64,000 bases of DNA from an uncultured Acidobacteriota bacterium (GCA_913052135.1 CAJXDY010000007.1:4141-68140), one strand, 5' to 3'. Counted from the stretch's first letter, positions 45,673-57,025 are shown. Translations and numbers: made by a program. Notes: a model not told the origin generated them from the letters alone.

Positions 45673-45691
45673 CGTTTATGTACTCCTGTCG

Positions 45692-46147
45692 TTATTCAGT
45701 CGTTGCAACCTTGTGTTCGGGCCTGAAAGCGGATCTCAAAGTATGCCACGCTAGCACAGCACATTTCACACGTGCCGGGTATTCTCGTACACCGGCAAAC
45801 ACAGACAGTTTGCCGAGTTGGTCCGTATTTGGCAACGTGTCACTGTCGGCTGTTACCATACCTTGAAATCTTTCAAAGAGCGTCTCGACCTCTTTTAGGG
45901 ACTTTCCTTTGATGCTTTCAGTCATCAACGAGGCTGACGCTTTCGAAATAGCACATCCGGAACCATCGAATCGCACGTCGCGAATCACTTCGCCGTCGAA
46001 TTGTAAATAAAGCGTCAGTTTATCGCCACACAGTGGGTTGTACCCTTCAGCAGTGCGATCGGCCTCCTCCAGAACACCGAAATTTCTCGGCCGCTTATTG
46101 TGATCGAGGATGACTTCTTGGTACAGGTCGCGCAGATCTAGGTTCAC
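45692..46147 (-). CDS. sufU: SufU (NifU/IscU-like sulfur-transfer/scaffold protein)
   Basis: LYQEVILDHNKRPRNFG, NPLCGDKLTLYL and GSGCAISKASASLMTE blocks. 4-nt overlap with sufS. Confidence 0.85.
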   Translation of the reverse strand: MNLDLRDLYQEVILDHNKRPRNFGVLEEADRTAEGYNPLCGDKLTLYLQFDGEVIRDVRFDGSGCAISKASASLMTESIKGKSLKEVETLFERFQGMVTADSDTLPNTDQLGKLSVFAGVREYPARVKCAVLAWHTLRSAFRPEHKVATTE

Positions 46148-47394
46148 GCAAACACCCCACGTGCTTTTTCGAGCGCCTTAACGAGTGCATCTATCTCATA
46201 CCGCGTGTTATACATCGCAATCGACGCACGTGCTGTCGCTACAACACTAAAACGATCCATAACCGGCTGCGTGCAATGGTGACCAGTACGAATTGCAACG
46301 CCTTCTTGATCCACGATGGTCCCGATGTCATGAGGGTGGACGCCCTCGAGCACAAAAGACAGGATACTCGCTTTCTCGCGCGCTGTGCCAATCATGCGGA
46401 GGCCTTTAATACTCGTTAATGCCTCAGTTCCGTAAGCGAGTAATTCTCTCTCGTGTGCAGCGATTACGTCAAAACCAACGCTGTTGACATATTCGATTGC
46501 GGCCCCTAAACCAATCGCGCCAGCGATGTGAGGTGTGCCCGCCTCGAATTTGTGCGGTAATTCGCTGTAGGTAGTCTTTGCAAAGGTAACTGAATTGATC
46601 ATGTCGCCACCACCTTGGTAGGGCGGCATGGTATCTAAGAGTTCACTCTTGCCGTACAGAACTCCGATTCCAGTCGGGCCATATATTTTATGACCGGTTA
46701 ACACAAAGAAGTCACAATCCAGCGCTTGCACGTCAATAGGCATGTGGTACGCCGACTGAGCACCATCGACCAGTACTGGAATGTCTTGTTGATGTGCCAG
46801 GTCGATAATCTTCTTGACCGGATTGATAGTTCCGAGCGAATTCGAAAGATGGACAATCGACACCAATTTCGTGCGGGGGCCAAGTAACGCTTCAAACTCG
46901 TCCAGTTGAAGTTCACCGGTGTCGTCGATTGGCGCGACGCGAAGGCAAGCGCCTGTCTGTTCGCAGAGCAGTTGCCATGGCACGATGTTAGAGTGATGCT
47001 CCATAGTCGTGATGACGATTTCATCTCCGGGTTTTGCGTGCTGACGCCCGTAGGTTTGGGCAATGAGATTAATACCTTCAGTCGCATTACGGGTGAAGAT
47101 AATCTCGCTCGATGATCGTGCGTTTAAAAAACGTTGCACCACTGTTCGAGCCGTGTCATGCGATTTTGTTGAATACTCGCTCAAGTAGTGGACGCCTCGG
47201 TGAATGTTGGCATTCTCTGTGCTGTAGTAACGATTTAGGACATCAATGACAGGCTGAGGCTTTTGTGTGGTAGCGGCGTTGTCGAGATAGACTAATTGCT
47301 GTCCATGCACTTCCCGCTCCAAGATCGGAAAATCAGCGCGGACACGTTCAACGTCAAATGCTGATGTCGCAGACGCACTCTTACGAGGATTCAC
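46144..47394 (-). CDS. sufS: Cysteine desulfurase SufS
   Basis: RADFPILEREVHGQQLVYLDNAATTQKP, the SGHKxYGPTG-type PLP lysine block (TGHKIYGPTGIG) and RTGHHCTQP (active-site Cys). Confidence 0.9.
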   Translation of the reverse strand: MNPRKSASATSAFDVERVRADFPILEREVHGQQLVYLDNAATTQKPQPVIDVLNRYYSTENANIHRGVHYLSEYSTKSHDTARTVVQRFLNARSSSEIIFTRNATEGINLIAQTYGRQHAKPGDEIVITTMEHHSNIVPWQLLCEQTGACLRVAPIDDTGELQLDEFEALLGPRTKLVSIVHLSNSLGTINPVKKIIDLAHQQDIPVLVDGAQSAYHMPIDVQALDCDFFVLTGHKIYGPTGIGVLYGKSELLDTMPPYQGGGDMINSVTFAKTTYSELPHKFEAGTPHIAGAIGLGAAIEYVNSVGFDVIAAHERELLAYGTEALTSIKGLRMIGTAREKASILSFVLEGVHPHDIGTIVDQEGVAIRTGHHCTQPVMDRFSVVATARASIAMYNTRYEIDALVKALEKARGVFA

Positions 47395-48725
47395 GCTCTT
47401 GCCTCCAAGACTGCCATGGGCAATTGTTTCAGTAAGGCGGTCTCCAAATAAGCGCGAAGAGAGTCGAGCGAAATTCGGCTGAGAACATCGTTGGCAAAAG
47501 CATGAATCAAGACGCGGCGGGCCTGGGCTTCGTCGAGGCCTCGTGCGCGAAGATAGAACAGTGCGTCGTCATCCAGCTGCCCAACGGTCGCGCCGTGTGT
47601 GCACTTGACGTCATCTGCGAAGATTTCTAATTCTGGTTTTGTATTAATTTGCGCATCCTCGGAGAGGAGCAGCGCCTGATTTGTCTGCTTGGCATCAGTT
47701 TTTTGGGCATCAATTCGAACGATAATCTTGCCGTTAAAAACCGACCGTCCGTGGCCGTTTAGTACTCCCTTGTAAAGTTCATGACTGTTACAGTGTGGCA
47801 CGGCGTGGTCTATAATCGTGTGACTATCGACGAGTTGGTCGCTGTTAGCCAGATAAAGCCCGTTTAACGTGCATTCGGCGCCTTCCCCTCTTAGGAGCGC
47901 GCCAATGTCATTTCTAACAAGCCTCCCACCCAGCGTCACGGAAGTGGACCTAGTCGTGCTATCTCGTCCAAGTCGCAGGTTGGAGCTGGCAACATGATAA
48001 GCAGCCAGATTTTCTGACAGCACCTTATAGTGCTCCAAGGTACTACCTGGACCGATATCAAGTTCAGTGACAGCGTTGGTGAAGTGCGGAGAGTCGTTTA
48101 CGCTGACGTATTCCTCAATCACCGTCGACCGACTATTTTCACCAAGTACAACGAGCACACGCGGGTAGGTTGCCGCAGCTTTGCTCGGAGCGGTCGATAT
48201 AAAGAGTAAGTGAATCGGCTCGTTCAAGGTCGTGTTGTTTGGTACCGACACAAAGGCGCCATCCTGCCACAGGGCCGTGTTCAGTGCCGGGAAGGCACGA
48301 TCGCGGTATGAGGTGAGCTGGGCCAGATGTGGTTCCACCTGCACCGATTTTTTAGTTAGTGCATGACTTAGATTTTCCACGGTGACACCAGTCTGTGTTG
48401 CCCCATCGGTGTTCGATAGCGCTGGTGCAAACCGACCATTCACAAAAATCAGTCGTGGGCCTGAGAGAGTCGAGAAGGAGAATGCCTCAAATTGTGCTGC
48501 GCCGACTGTAGCTTCCTCAGCAAGTTTGAATTGGGATTTGGCAATTCGCTCCACATTGGTGAATCGCCAGTCTTCTAATCGAGTCGTTGGAAACCCCAAC
48601 TGACTAAAGTGCGTCATTGCCTCTTGACGCATCTGCCGTATGCCCGCTGGTGCTTCCCGAGTGCTCTGCAGCGACTCGAACTGAGCGAGATACGTATCTA
48701 GATTGACGGACGGTTCTGTTGACAC
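47391..48725 (-). CDS. sufD: Fe-S cluster assembly protein SufD
   Basis: It sits between sufC and sufS. The C-terminal beta-helix blocks (GRSVFNGKIIV..DAQKTDAKQTNQALLLS, KPELEIFADDVKCTHGATVGQLD) are typical of SufD. Confidence 0.9.
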   Translation of the reverse strand: MSTEPSVNLDTYLAQFESLQSTREAPAGIRQMRQEAMTHFSQLGFPTTRLEDWRFTNVERIAKSQFKLAEEATVGAAQFEAFSFSTLSGPRLIFVNGRFAPALSNTDGATQTGVTVENLSHALTKKSVQVEPHLAQLTSYRDRAFPALNTALWQDGAFVSVPNNTTLNEPIHLLFISTAPSKAAATYPRVLVVLGENSRSTVIEEYVSVNDSPHFTNAVTELDIGPGSTLEHYKVLSENLAAYHVASSNLRLGRDSTTRSTSVTLGGRLVRNDIGALLRGEGAECTLNGLYLANSDQLVDSHTIIDHAVPHCNSHELYKGVLNGHGRSVFNGKIIVRIDAQKTDAKQTNQALLLSEDAQINTKPELEIFADDVKCTHGATVGQLDDDALFYLRARGLDEAQARRVLIHAFANDVLSRISLDSLRAYLETALLKQLPMAVLEARA

Positions 48726-48730
48726 GTGCC

Positions 48731-49492
48731 CTATGCTCCTATTTCCGCCGTCTCATTTTCGATCCAACCATAGCCCTTTTCTTCTAACTCAAGTGCCAGT
48801 TCTTTTTTACCAGATTTCACAATGCGGCCACCCGAGAGTACGTGCACATAGTCTGGAATGATGTAGTTAAGAAGTCGCTGGTAGTGTGTTACGAGAACAA
48901 TCGATCGAGAGGGATCACGCAGCGCATTAACTCCTTCCGCTACAATCTTGAGTGCGTCAATATCAAGCCCAGAATCAGTTTCGTCCAGCAATGCCAATGT
49001 GGGCTCTAGCACCGCCATTTGGAAGATCTCGTTCCGCTTTTTCTCACCACCGGAAAAACCTTCATTGACCGGTCGATTTAGTAAAGACGAGTCTATCGCA
49101 AGCAACTCAAGTTTTTTTTGCGCTAGTTCCATAAATTCGATGGCGTCAAGTTCAGATTCTCCACGATGTTTTCTAATCGCATTCAAGGCTGCCTTTATTA
49201 GATACGCATTGTTCACGCCAGAGATTTCAACAGGATACTGAAAAGCTAAGAAGATACCTTCACGTGCTCGTTCTTCTGGTTCCAGGTCTAGAAGATCCTT
49301 ACCTTGGTAGCGCACTTTTCCGGCCGTTACTTGATAATCTGGTTTCCCCGCCAACACGCCGGCAAGCGTACTCTTTCCCGAACCGTTGGGACCCATAATG
49401 GCGTGGACTTCGCCAGCACCAACTTGCAGGTCGATACCTTTTAGAATCTCTTTGTCGCCTACGCTGACCCGTAGACCGTTAATCTCCAACAT
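48731..49492 (-). CDS. sufC: Fe-S cluster assembly ATPase SufC
   Basis: Walker A GPNGSGKST, signature FSGGEKKRNEI and Walker B LALLDETDSGLD. Confidence 0.95.
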   Translation of the reverse strand: MLEINGLRVSVGDKEILKGIDLQVGAGEVHAIMGPNGSGKSTLAGVLAGKPDYQVTAGKVRYQGKDLLDLEPEERAREGIFLAFQYPVEISGVNNAYLIKAALNAIRKHRGESELDAIEFMELAQKKLELLAIDSSLLNRPVNEGFSGGEKKRNEIFQMAVLEPTLALLDETDSGLDIDALKIVAEGVNALRDPSRSIVLVTHYQRLLNYIIPDYVHVLSGGRIVKSGKKELALELEEKGYGWIENETAEIGA

Positions 49493-49617
49493 CGTATTTC
49501 CCTTCGTTCTTTGTCGTTACCTGATCACGAGTGATCAGAACTTACAGAAAAGTTTTAGAGTAAGCGGCGCTTCGTGTTGGTTCTGCACCGATATGTCAAT
49601 GAGTTGTGGGATGGCTA

Positions 49618-51063
49618 CTAACCAACACTACCTTCCAGAGTCACACCCAGCAATTTCTGTGCCTCGACGGCGAATTCCATAGGGAGTTCCCGAAAGACTT
49701 CCTTGCAGAATCCGTTGACAATCATGTTTACTGCGTCCTCTGTCGAAAGGCCACGCTGGCGGCAATAAAAGATCTGATCTTCCCCAACCTTCGAAGTAGA
49801 GGCCTCATGTTCTACCTGCGCGGAAGTATTACGCACTTCGAGGTAAGGAAATGTATGTGCACCGCATTGATCGCCGATGAGTAACGAGTCGCACTGCGAG
49901 TAATTCCGTGCCTGTTTTGCACCCTTACCAATTCTTACCAACCCTCGATAGGTGTTTTGACCATGTCCAGCTGAAATGCCCTTCGACACGATCGTGCTTC
50001 GGGTATTTCGACCTATATGAATCATTTTTGTGCCTGTGTCGGCCTGTTGCCAATTGTTAGTTACGGCGACTGAATAAAATTCCCCAATCGAGTTGTCACC
50101 CTGCAAAATACAGCCTGGATATTTCCAGGTGATTGCCGAGCCAGTCTCGACTTGAGTCCACGTAATCTTGGAATTTACTCCACGCGCTGCACCGCGCTTG
50201 GTCACAAAATTGAAAATTCCACCCTTGCCGTCTTTGTCGCCGGGATACCAATTTTGCACTGTCGAATACTTGACTGTAGCGTCGTCTAGCGCGACGAGCT
50301 CCACGACAGCAGCATGCAGTTGATTTTCGTCGCGCATCGGGGCTGTGCAACCTTCCAGATAGCTGACGGAGGCCCCTTCCTCAGCTACGATTAATGTGCG
50401 TTCGAATTGCCCCGTCGAAGCTGCATTGATCCGAAAGTAGGTCGATAGCTCCATCGGACAGCGAACACCCTTTGGAATGTATGCAAAAGATCCGTCGCTG
50501 AATACGGCCGAATTCAGCGTCGCGAAAAAATTGTCTGAATAGGGGACAACAGAGCCCAAATAGGTTCGGACAAGATCGGGATGCTCACGAACAGCTTCTG
50601 AAAATGAGCAGAAAATGATACCCATTTCGCCAAGCTTTTCGCGAAAAGTTGTAGCGACCGAAACGCTATCGAACACTGCATCAACCGCGACACCAGAAAG
50701 CATTTTCTGTTCTTCGAGTGGAATTCCGAGCTTTTCAAAGGTGCTTCGAATTTCTGGGTCTACCTCGTCCATGCTTTTCAGTGTCGGTTTCTTTTTTGGT
50801 GCCGAATAGTAACTAATGGCTTGGTAATCGATTTTGCTATAGGTGACATTTGGCCACTCCGGTTCTACCATTGTCGTCCACAGCCGATATGCCTTGAGCC
50901 GCCAGTCGAGTAGCCATTCCGGCTCACCTTTTTTGTGCGAGATCAGTCTAACGACATCCTCGTTGAGTCCTTTGGGAATAGTGTCGGAGTCGACATCAGT
51001 CACGAAACCATACTTGTAATCTTGGTTCGTAATTTTTTCGATGGTTCGCGTTGCTGTAGTCAT
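49618..51063 (-). CDS. sufB: Fe-S cluster assembly scaffold SufB
   Basis: [10 protein letters not shown]..., [32 protein letters not shown] and KTWTQVE...HEA..SKV blocks are canonical SufB. Confidence 0.95.
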   Translation of the reverse strand: MTTATRTIEKITNQDYKYGFVTDVDSDTIPKGLNEDVVRLISHKKGEPEWLLDWRLKAYRLWTTMVEPEWPNVTYSKIDYQAISYYSAPKKKPTLKSMDEVDPEIRSTFEKLGIPLEEQKMLSGVAVDAVFDSVSVATTFREKLGEMGIIFCSFSEAVREHPDLVRTYLGSVVPYSDNFFATLNSAVFSDGSFAYIPKGVRCPMELSTYFRINAASTGQFERTLIVAEEGASVSYLEGCTAPMRDENQLHAAVVELVALDDATVKYSTVQNWYPGDKDGKGGIFNFVTKRGAARGVNSKITWTQVETGSAITWKYPGCILQGDNSIGEFYSVAVTNNWQQADTGTKMIHIGRNTRSTIVSKGISAGHGQNTYRGLVRIGKGAKQARNYSQCDSLLIGDQCGAHTFPYLEVRNTSAQVEHEASTSKVGEDQIFYCRQRGLSTEDAVNMIVNGFCKEVFRELPMEFAVEAQKLLGVTLEGSVG

Positions 51064-51251
51064 GGCCTGCCTCGGTATCCTGCCTTTAGAGACTTAATCC
51101 AGAGATTTGGAGTTTTTTGCTCAAAATCTTTGAAATATTAAGAATTCCTAATCCCGACCTTATCGGTCGCATATAACTTTATATCATGCTCTCTAAATGG
51201 TTTCAAATAACTGTTTCCATTGATGATGTGAGTTCAGAACCGTTAAAAAGG

Positions 51252-52952
51252 TCAGCTTGACGCCGTGTCTTTAGAAGGTTGAAACGCGCTGATTGCGATG
51301 CCAATAAAAAACACCGCGATAGCACCTACGACATTAAGCCATAAGAAGGAAATTTCTGCGGTTAGCGCGACGGCTGTTACGGACATCATACCGCCAATTA
51401 ATCCCCAAAAAGCGCCTCTTGCGGTCGCCCAGCGAACAAGAATTGCCAACATAAAGACACCTAATAAAGAACCATAAAAGAACGATCCAAATCGGTTAAC
51501 GACTTCGATAAGCGTGCCTAAATTTACTGCGTACATGGCGATAATGGATGCAGTCAAACCCCAGAAGCCAGTCGTCATCTTCGAGATCCTCATATAGTGC
51601 TCATCAGAGGCTTCCCGTCGAAAGTGCCGGCGATAGAAGTCGATCACGGTTGCAGTTGAGAGTGAATTTAGTTCAGCAGCAATACTTGACATGGCGGCTG
51701 CCAGAATCGCGGCAATAATTAATCCCACCACACCAATGGGAAGCTGTGTTGTTACAAAGGTGGGAAATACGTAATTCACATCCGAATAAGAACGGTCGCC
51801 GGTCACTTCAATGACGAGTGCTTTTGCATCGTCGCGGATGTGACCAAGTTCTAAGTCGCGCTTTTGAAATAACGCATCGGCAGCCTCGATACCAGTCGCG
51901 TCTGGCATTCGTCGTGCGGCTGCAGCGGCACGTGCAGCTTCACGTCGATCGTTGAATGCCTGTAAAAAATTACTATTCAGTTCTTCGTACTCTGCCATAC
52001 GAGGACTTGAGCGCATTTGCTGGTCGTGGACGGTGTTGAACAACATGGGTGGAGCGTTGAACAGGTAAAAAGTGAATACCAGGACGCCGGTAAGCAGAAT
52101 CAGCGCCTGAAGTGGAATTTTGGCGAACGCGCTCATCATTAATGACTGCCTGGCTGCTGTGACTGAACGGGCTGTCAGATAACGTTGAACCTGGCTCTGG
52201 TCACAGCCAAAGTAGCCCAGCATAAGAAATAAACCACCAATCATGCCTGACCAGACGGTGTAGGTTTCGTTTAAGTCGAATGTAAAATCAAGCGTCAAGA
52301 GGCGACCCGTAGTGCCTGCGACGTGCAAGGCCTCGCCAACGCCTATCTCGTCCGGCAAGCCCATAACAAGGCCGACGATTGCGGCGGCTAAGCCAGCGAC
52401 TATAATCACCATCTGCTTAACGTCAGTCCAAGTTATTGCTTGTACGCCGCCAAACATTGTGTAAATCGTTGTTGGCACACCGATCGCAAGAATGGTAATG
52501 GTCAGATTTAGATTGAGAACGATGGATAAAATGACTGCCGGAGCCGCAATAACAACTCCAGCTTGCAGGCCTCGTGAGAGCAGAAACAGTAAACTTGCGA
52601 GCGTGCGAGTGCGGACGTCGAATCGACGCTCCAGATATTCGTAAGCGGTATAGACGTTAGCGCGATAGAAGAATGGTACCAGCGTCATCGATAGAATAAT
52701 CATGGCGACTGGTAGGCCGAAGTAGAACTGCACGAACCGCATACCGTCGGTGTAGCCTTGTCCGGTGGTTCCAACCAGAGTGATGGCGCTCATTTGCGTG
52801 GCCATTACGGTTAGCCCCACGGCCCACCAAGGCAAAGACCGATTCGCGAGGAAATATCCTCTAATGGCGTTGAGACCTTTGGAACGTTTCAGTCCGTCGG
52901 AGACGATCCAAATGAGGTAGATCGTTATAATAAGCCAATCAATGAAGTGCAT
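51252..52952 (-). CDS. Sodium:solute symporter (SSS/SSF) family transporter
   Basis: 566-aa polytopic ORF. N-terminal [13 protein letters not shown]...[32 protein letters not shown] is the SSF signature region. It contains a ~90-aa hydrophilic loop. Confidence 0.85.
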   Translation of the reverse strand: MHFIDWLIITIYLIWIVSDGLKRSKGLNAIRGYFLANRSLPWWAVGLTVMATQMSAITLVGTTGQGYTDGMRFVQFYFGLPVAMIILSMTLVPFFYRANVYTAYEYLERRFDVRTRTLASLLFLLSRGLQAGVVIAAPAVILSIVLNLNLTITILAIGVPTTIYTMFGGVQAITWTDVKQMVIIVAGLAAAIVGLVMGLPDEIGVGEALHVAGTTGRLLTLDFTFDLNETYTVWSGMIGGLFLMLGYFGCDQSQVQRYLTARSVTAARQSLMMSAFAKIPLQALILLTGVLVFTFYLFNAPPMLFNTVHDQQMRSSPRMAEYEELNSNFLQAFNDRREAARAAAAARRMPDATGIEAADALFQKRDLELGHIRDDAKALVIEVTGDRSYSDVNYVFPTFVTTQLPIGVVGLIIAAILAAAMSSIAAELNSLSTATVIDFYRRHFRREASDEHYMRISKMTTGFWGLTASIIAMYAVNLGTLIEVVNRFGSFFYGSLLGVFMLAILVRWATARGAFWGLIGGMMSVTAVALTAEISFLWLNVVGAIAVFFIGIAISAFQPSKDTASS

Positions 52953-52974
52953 GTGCAGTTCCGAAAGCTGGAGA

Positions 52975-53166
52975 TCAGGAGCTAAAATAACGACTCAAGA
53001 ACCAGAGACCAACTAGGATGATCATTTCCAACATCAAAACCGCCAAGTAGGTTCGCCCCATTGGGGAGTCGTCGGTTTCGTTGTTACTAAGAATCACTGT
53101 TGGAGTGGTTCCGGTGTGTCCATCCATTTCTTGGTTCGGAGTGTGGTTCACAGATAGTTGCTCCAA
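52975..53166 (-). CDS. Possible small single-TM protein upstream of the symporter
   Basis: 63-aa ORF ending 22 nt before the symporter start. Polar N-terminus, then one TM helix ([22 protein letters not shown]). I saw no clear SD. Confidence 0.35.
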   Translation of the reverse strand: MEQLSVNHTPNQEMDGHTGTTPTVILSNNETDDSPMGRTYLAVLMLEMIILVGLWFLSRYFSS

Positions 53167-53289
53167 TTACCTCATGCTACTTCAACCGCGACTGACACAT
53201 GAGCAGTATACCCCTGCAGGTTCGGCGCGCATTCGGCAACCCCACGAAATATTATCTCGTTCAACCATAGCTATCCTTAAAGACACCAT

Positions 53290-54030
53290 TTGCACACAAT
53301 GGGGCACAGGATAAACGCCATGATCGCAAGTGTATTTCCAAACGCACGCTTGTTCTGGGTCAAGATGGCTCTCAGTGTTGTGACATTGGGGATATTGGTC
53401 ATCATCGGAAGAGAATTCGGTGGTTACCTGCTGCGTTTTCTGCTGTGGATCGACACGCTGGGAGTCTGGGCCCCCGTTACCTTTGTCTTGGCCTACGTTG
53501 CGGCTACGCTTACGTTTGTACCTGGCTCACTGCTGACCATGACGGCTGGTGCGGTATTCGGGCTGGTTGAAGGCACTTTCTATACGTTCGTAGGAGCAAC
53601 GATCGGGTCAGCCCTTGCCTTTGTCATTGCACGCTATCTCGCACGAGACGCAATTCAGCGCCGCCTAGTTCGCTATCCCAAATTTGCTGCAATCGACCAA
53701 GCGGTGGGTCTTGAAGGTTTTAAGATTGTCCTTCTGCTCCGCTTGTCGCCAGTGTTTCCGTTCAACTTCCTCAACTACGCTCTAGGACTGACGACTGTCA
53801 CCTTTCGTGCCTACATGCTGGGCGCTATCGGGATGTTGCCGGGCTCGGTGGTTTATGCCTATTACGGGATGCTTGCAGGCGATGTTATCGCCTTGGCAGG
53901 TGGTGTTACGAGCAACTCAGGGGTTAGCTACTACGTTACAATGATCCTCGGCTTGGTTGCGACTGTGCTGGTGACAATGGTCATAATACAAGCTGCAAGA
54001 CGGGCGCTGCGAAACACCATGACTTCTTGA
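53290..54030 (+). CDS. TVP38/TMEM64 (DedA-related) family membrane protein
   Basis: The VTFVLAYVAATLTFVPGSLLTMTAGAVFGLVEGTFYTFVGATIGSALAFVIARYLARD block is typical. The start is ambiguous: TTG 53290, ATG 53299 or ATG 53320. Confidence 0.8.
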   Translation: MHTMGHRINAMIASVFPNARLFWVKMALSVVTLGILVIIGREFGGYLLRFLLWIDTLGVWAPVTFVLAYVAATLTFVPGSLLTMTAGAVFGLVEGTFYTFVGATIGSALAFVIARYLARDAIQRRLVRYPKFAAIDQAVGLEGFKIVLLLRLSPVFPFNFLNYALGLTTVTFRAYMLGAIGMLPGSVVYAYYGMLAGDVIALAGGVTSNSGVSYYVTMILGLVATVLVTMVIIQAARRALRNTMTS

Positions 54031-54298
54031 GTAAGCCGCGTGATAAGGATGTCGGCCCACACTAATTCCTAGCCCTGCTGGGCTTTAGAGCCCTCAAAGG
54101 CTTGCACGCACGCACAGCAGAGGCTAAAATGCCGTGTCCATTAATTCGTGGAGTTCGTTTCTATGGGTTGAGGATATTCGGACAGGCACCGACCTTTCCG
54201 AGCGAATAGATTAAGCCGACCTCCATGTGAAATTCGGCGAAAAGATACCAACTGAATACTACGTGATGCTGTAGGACCGAAACTTAAGGAGCACGACG

Positions 54299-56053
54299 TT
54301 GGATACCGTTGCGACACTCGATCACTCACACGCGGATCACGAGCACACGGCGAGTTGGTGGCGAACTTACGTGTTTTCCGTTGACCATAAGGTCATCGGG
54401 ATCCAGTACGCGATCACAGCTCTAGTGTTCCTGTTACTTGGCTTCATTCTCATGATGATGATGCGCTGGCAGATCGCGTATCCCGGACAGCCCATTCCGT
54501 GGATAGGTCAGTTCTTAGGCAGTGCTAATGCCCCTGGCGGTATCATGCTGCCAGAGTTCTACAACCAGCTCGGCGCCATGCACGGTACGATCATGGTGTT
54601 TTTGGGCGTTGTGCCGCTAGCGGTTGGTGGCTTTGGCAACTATGTCATGCCGCTCCAGATCGGTGCACCCGACATGGCATTCCCACGCCTGAACATGGCA
54701 AGTTATTGGAGCTATTTTGTGGGCGGCGTAGTGATGTTGTTAAGTTTCTTCGCGCAGGGTGGCGCAGCGAATTCTGGGTGGACCTCGTATGCTCCGCTTT
54801 CAATTATCGCAACGTCTGGCCAAACCTGGTGGCTCTTCGGTATGGTGTTTCTGATCACGTCTTCGCTACTCGGTTCGGTTAACTTTATCGTCACCATTAT
54901 TCAGTTGCGTGCGCCCGGGCTGACTTTCATGCGGTTGCCATTTTTTGTCTGGACGCAATTGGTCACGGGTTTCCTGTTGCTTCTCGCTTTTCCACCGCTC
55001 GAATCCGCGGCCGTTCTGCAGTTGATGGACCGACTTGCGGGTACGAGTTTCTTCATGCCAAGCGGTCTGGTCGTAAGTGGTGCAGTAGTTGACGTGTCAG
55101 GTGGTGGCAATCCACTCCTGTGGCAGCACTTGTTCTGGTTTCTAGCGCATCCAGAGGTGTATGTCTTGATATTGCCTGCACTTGGCATCACTGCGGAGAT
55201 CATCGCCAACAACACTCGAAAGCCGCTTTGGGGCTATCGTGTGATGGTCTATTCGTTGATATTCCTTGGCTTCATGTCGTTTCTCGTTTGGGCGCACCAC
55301 ATGTTTTTAACCGGCATGGGGACCGCGATTAGTGCATTCTTCCAGACGACCACGATGATTATTTCCATTCCGTCTGTCGTGATTCTCTCAGCGCTGTTTA
55401 TCTCGCTGTACGGAGGTTCAATCCGCTTTACAACGCCGATGCTCTTCGCGTTGGCTTTCATGCCCATGTTTGGTATTGGGGGCTTAACAGGTCTACCGCT
55501 TGCTTTTTCGCTGCCAGATCTACATCTTCACGACACCTATTACGTCATCGGGCACTTCCATTACGTAGTGGCTCCAGGCACGATCTTTGCGCTATTTGGG
55601 GGTATTTATTACTGGTTTCCAAAAGCAACCGGCCGCAAGATGAATGACCTGCTTGGGAAGATCCACTTTTGGGGTACGTTCGTCTGCATGAATGGGATCT
55701 TTTTTCCGATGCTGATCCAGGGACTGGCCGGAATGAATCGCCGGATGTACGACGGTGCTAAAGATTACCAACACACGGCGGGCGTTTTGGTTTGGAACGA
55801 AACCATTTTTCATTTTGCGGTGGCGATGGCTGTCTTCCAACTCTTCTTTATTGTGAATTTTTTCTGGAGTATGAAGAAGGGCGCCAAGGTAACGTCGGAC
55901 AATCCATGGAAGGCTACGACACTGGAGTGGGCGACACCAACCCCGCCGCCACATGGCAATTTTGTAACGCCGCCGGAAGTCCATCGTGGGCCGTACGAGT
56001 ACAGCGTACCAGGTGCGGTGCAAGACTTTACGCCACAGAACGAACGACGCTAG
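54299..56053 (+). CDS. ctaD: Cytochrome c oxidase subunit I (A1-type haem-copper oxidase)
   Basis: VDHKVIGIQY, WFLAHPEVYVLILPALG (Glu of the D-channel motif), VWAHHMF and GHFHYVV blocks. TTG start with AAGGAG 8 nt upstream. Confidence 0.95.
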   Translation: MDTVATLDHSHADHEHTASWWRTYVFSVDHKVIGIQYAITALVFLLLGFILMMMMRWQIAYPGQPIPWIGQFLGSANAPGGIMLPEFYNQLGAMHGTIMVFLGVVPLAVGGFGNYVMPLQIGAPDMAFPRLNMASYWSYFVGGVVMLLSFFAQGGAANSGWTSYAPLSIIATSGQTWWLFGMVFLITSSLLGSVNFIVTIIQLRAPGLTFMRLPFFVWTQLVTGFLLLLAFPPLESAAVLQLMDRLAGTSFFMPSGLVVSGAVVDVSGGGNPLLWQHLFWFLAHPEVYVLILPALGITAEIIANNTRKPLWGYRVMVYSLIFLGFMSFLVWAHHMFLTGMGTAISAFFQTTTMIISIPSVVILSALFISLYGGSIRFTTPMLFALAFMPMFGIGGLTGLPLAFSLPDLHLHDTYYVIGHFHYVVAPGTIFALFGGIYYWFPKATGRKMNDLLGKIHFWGTFVCMNGIFFPMLIQGLAGMNRRMYDGAKDYQHTAGVLVWNETIFHFAVAMAVFQLFFIVNFFWSMKKGAKVTSDNPWKATTLEWATPTPPPHGNFVTPPEVHRGPYEYSVPGAVQDFTPQNERR

Positions 56054-56071
56054 GAGAGGACGCAGAGAGTT

Positions 56072-56662
56072 ATGGAAATTCCGTATACCGTTGAAAATAG
56101 GGAAGATACAGGCCTGAATAACGTCAAGCTCGGGATCTGGTTATTCCTTGCGTCCGAAGTGATGCTGTTTGGCGGGCTGTTTTCTTCCTATGTGCTCCTG
56201 CGCGTCGGCGCCGAGACTTGGCCGGTTGGGGCCTCGATCTTGTCGGTGCCTATCGCAACGTTCAATACGGTTGTGTTGATTGCGTCGAGTGTGACAATGG
56301 TCATGGCTTGGGCGTCGCTTAAGATGAATGACTTTGGTAAGTTTAGGTTATACCTCGGTTCAACGGTCGGACTGGCAGTGCTCTTTCTGGTTGTAAAAGC
56401 GTACGAATATGCCGATAAATTTTCGCACGACCTCTATCCTGCCGAGAGTACCTTCTTGGCGATTTATTTTACGGTGACGGGCCTGCATGCCTTGCATATC
56501 GTAGGTGGCATCGTTGTGAACGGTTATTTTGTTGGACCAGGTAGCAAGATGTGGAAAACTGCGCCGGAGCAGTTCACAAATCGAATCGAAGCAGCCGGTC
56601 TCTATTGGCATTTCGTGGATCTTGTCTGGATTTTTCTGTTCCCGGTGTTGTATCTGCTATAG
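56072..56662 (+). CDS. ctaE: Cytochrome c oxidase subunit III
   Basis: KLGIWLFLASEVMLFGGLFSSY, TGLHALHIVGG and GLYWHFVDLVWIFLFPVLY blocks. Confidence 0.9.
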   Translation: MEIPYTVENREDTGLNNVKLGIWLFLASEVMLFGGLFSSYVLLRVGAETWPVGASILSVPIATFNTVVLIASSVTMVMAWASLKMNDFGKFRLYLGSTVGLAVLFLVVKAYEYADKFSHDLYPAESTFLAIYFTVTGLHALHIVGGIVVNGYFVGPGSKMWKTAPEQFTNRIEAAGLYWHFVDLVWIFLFPVLYLL

Positions 56663-56703
56663 AACTCGAGTTGATCTAGCGTTGAGGGTAGGTGGGAGGC
56701 AAC

Positions 56704-57006
56704 ATGAGTGGTACAAGCGCGGACGAAATAAGAAAACACGTTAAGGTTTATGTCATGGTGTTCGTCGCACTAATGGTGCTAACGGTCGCGACGGTCGGCG
56801 TGTCCTATCTAGCCTTGTCTATTCCTTTGGCAATCCTAGTGGCGTTGGTCGTTGCAACGATTAAGGGTTCACTTGTCGCTCGCTATTTCATGCACTTGGT
56901 CGGTGAAAAGAAAGCCGTTACCTGGTCCTTAGTGCTCACGGCCGTGTTTTTCTGTGTGTTGATGTTCATACCGCTCTTTGCGATGCTCGATCATACTGGC
57001 CAGTAA
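56704..57006 (+). CDS. Prokaryotic cytochrome c oxidase subunit IV family protein
   Basis: The ATG at 56704 follows GGGAGG. It has three TM helices with the KHVKVYVMVFVALMVLTVATV...ATIKGSLVARYFMHL pattern of the bacterial CoxIV family. Confidence 0.7.
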   Translation: MSGTSADEIRKHVKVYVMVFVALMVLTVATVGVSYLALSIPLAILVALVVATIKGSLVARYFMHLVGEKKAVTWSLVLTAVFFCVLMFIPLFAMLDHTGQ

Positions 57007-57025
57007 TGTTTGAAAGTTTTTAAGC

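Noticed and set aside
51138-51151. Near-palindrome TTAAGAATTCCTAA upstream of sufB as an IscR/SufR-type operator
   Set aside because: It is short and AT-rich, with one mismatched pair. No Rrf2/SufR regulator gene is adjacent. The evidence is insufficient to annotate it.
54141-54329. 62-aa minus-strand ORF overlapping the ctaD start region
   Set aside because: It overlaps the SD and start of ctaD on the opposite strand and has no features of its own. It is probably a chance ORF.
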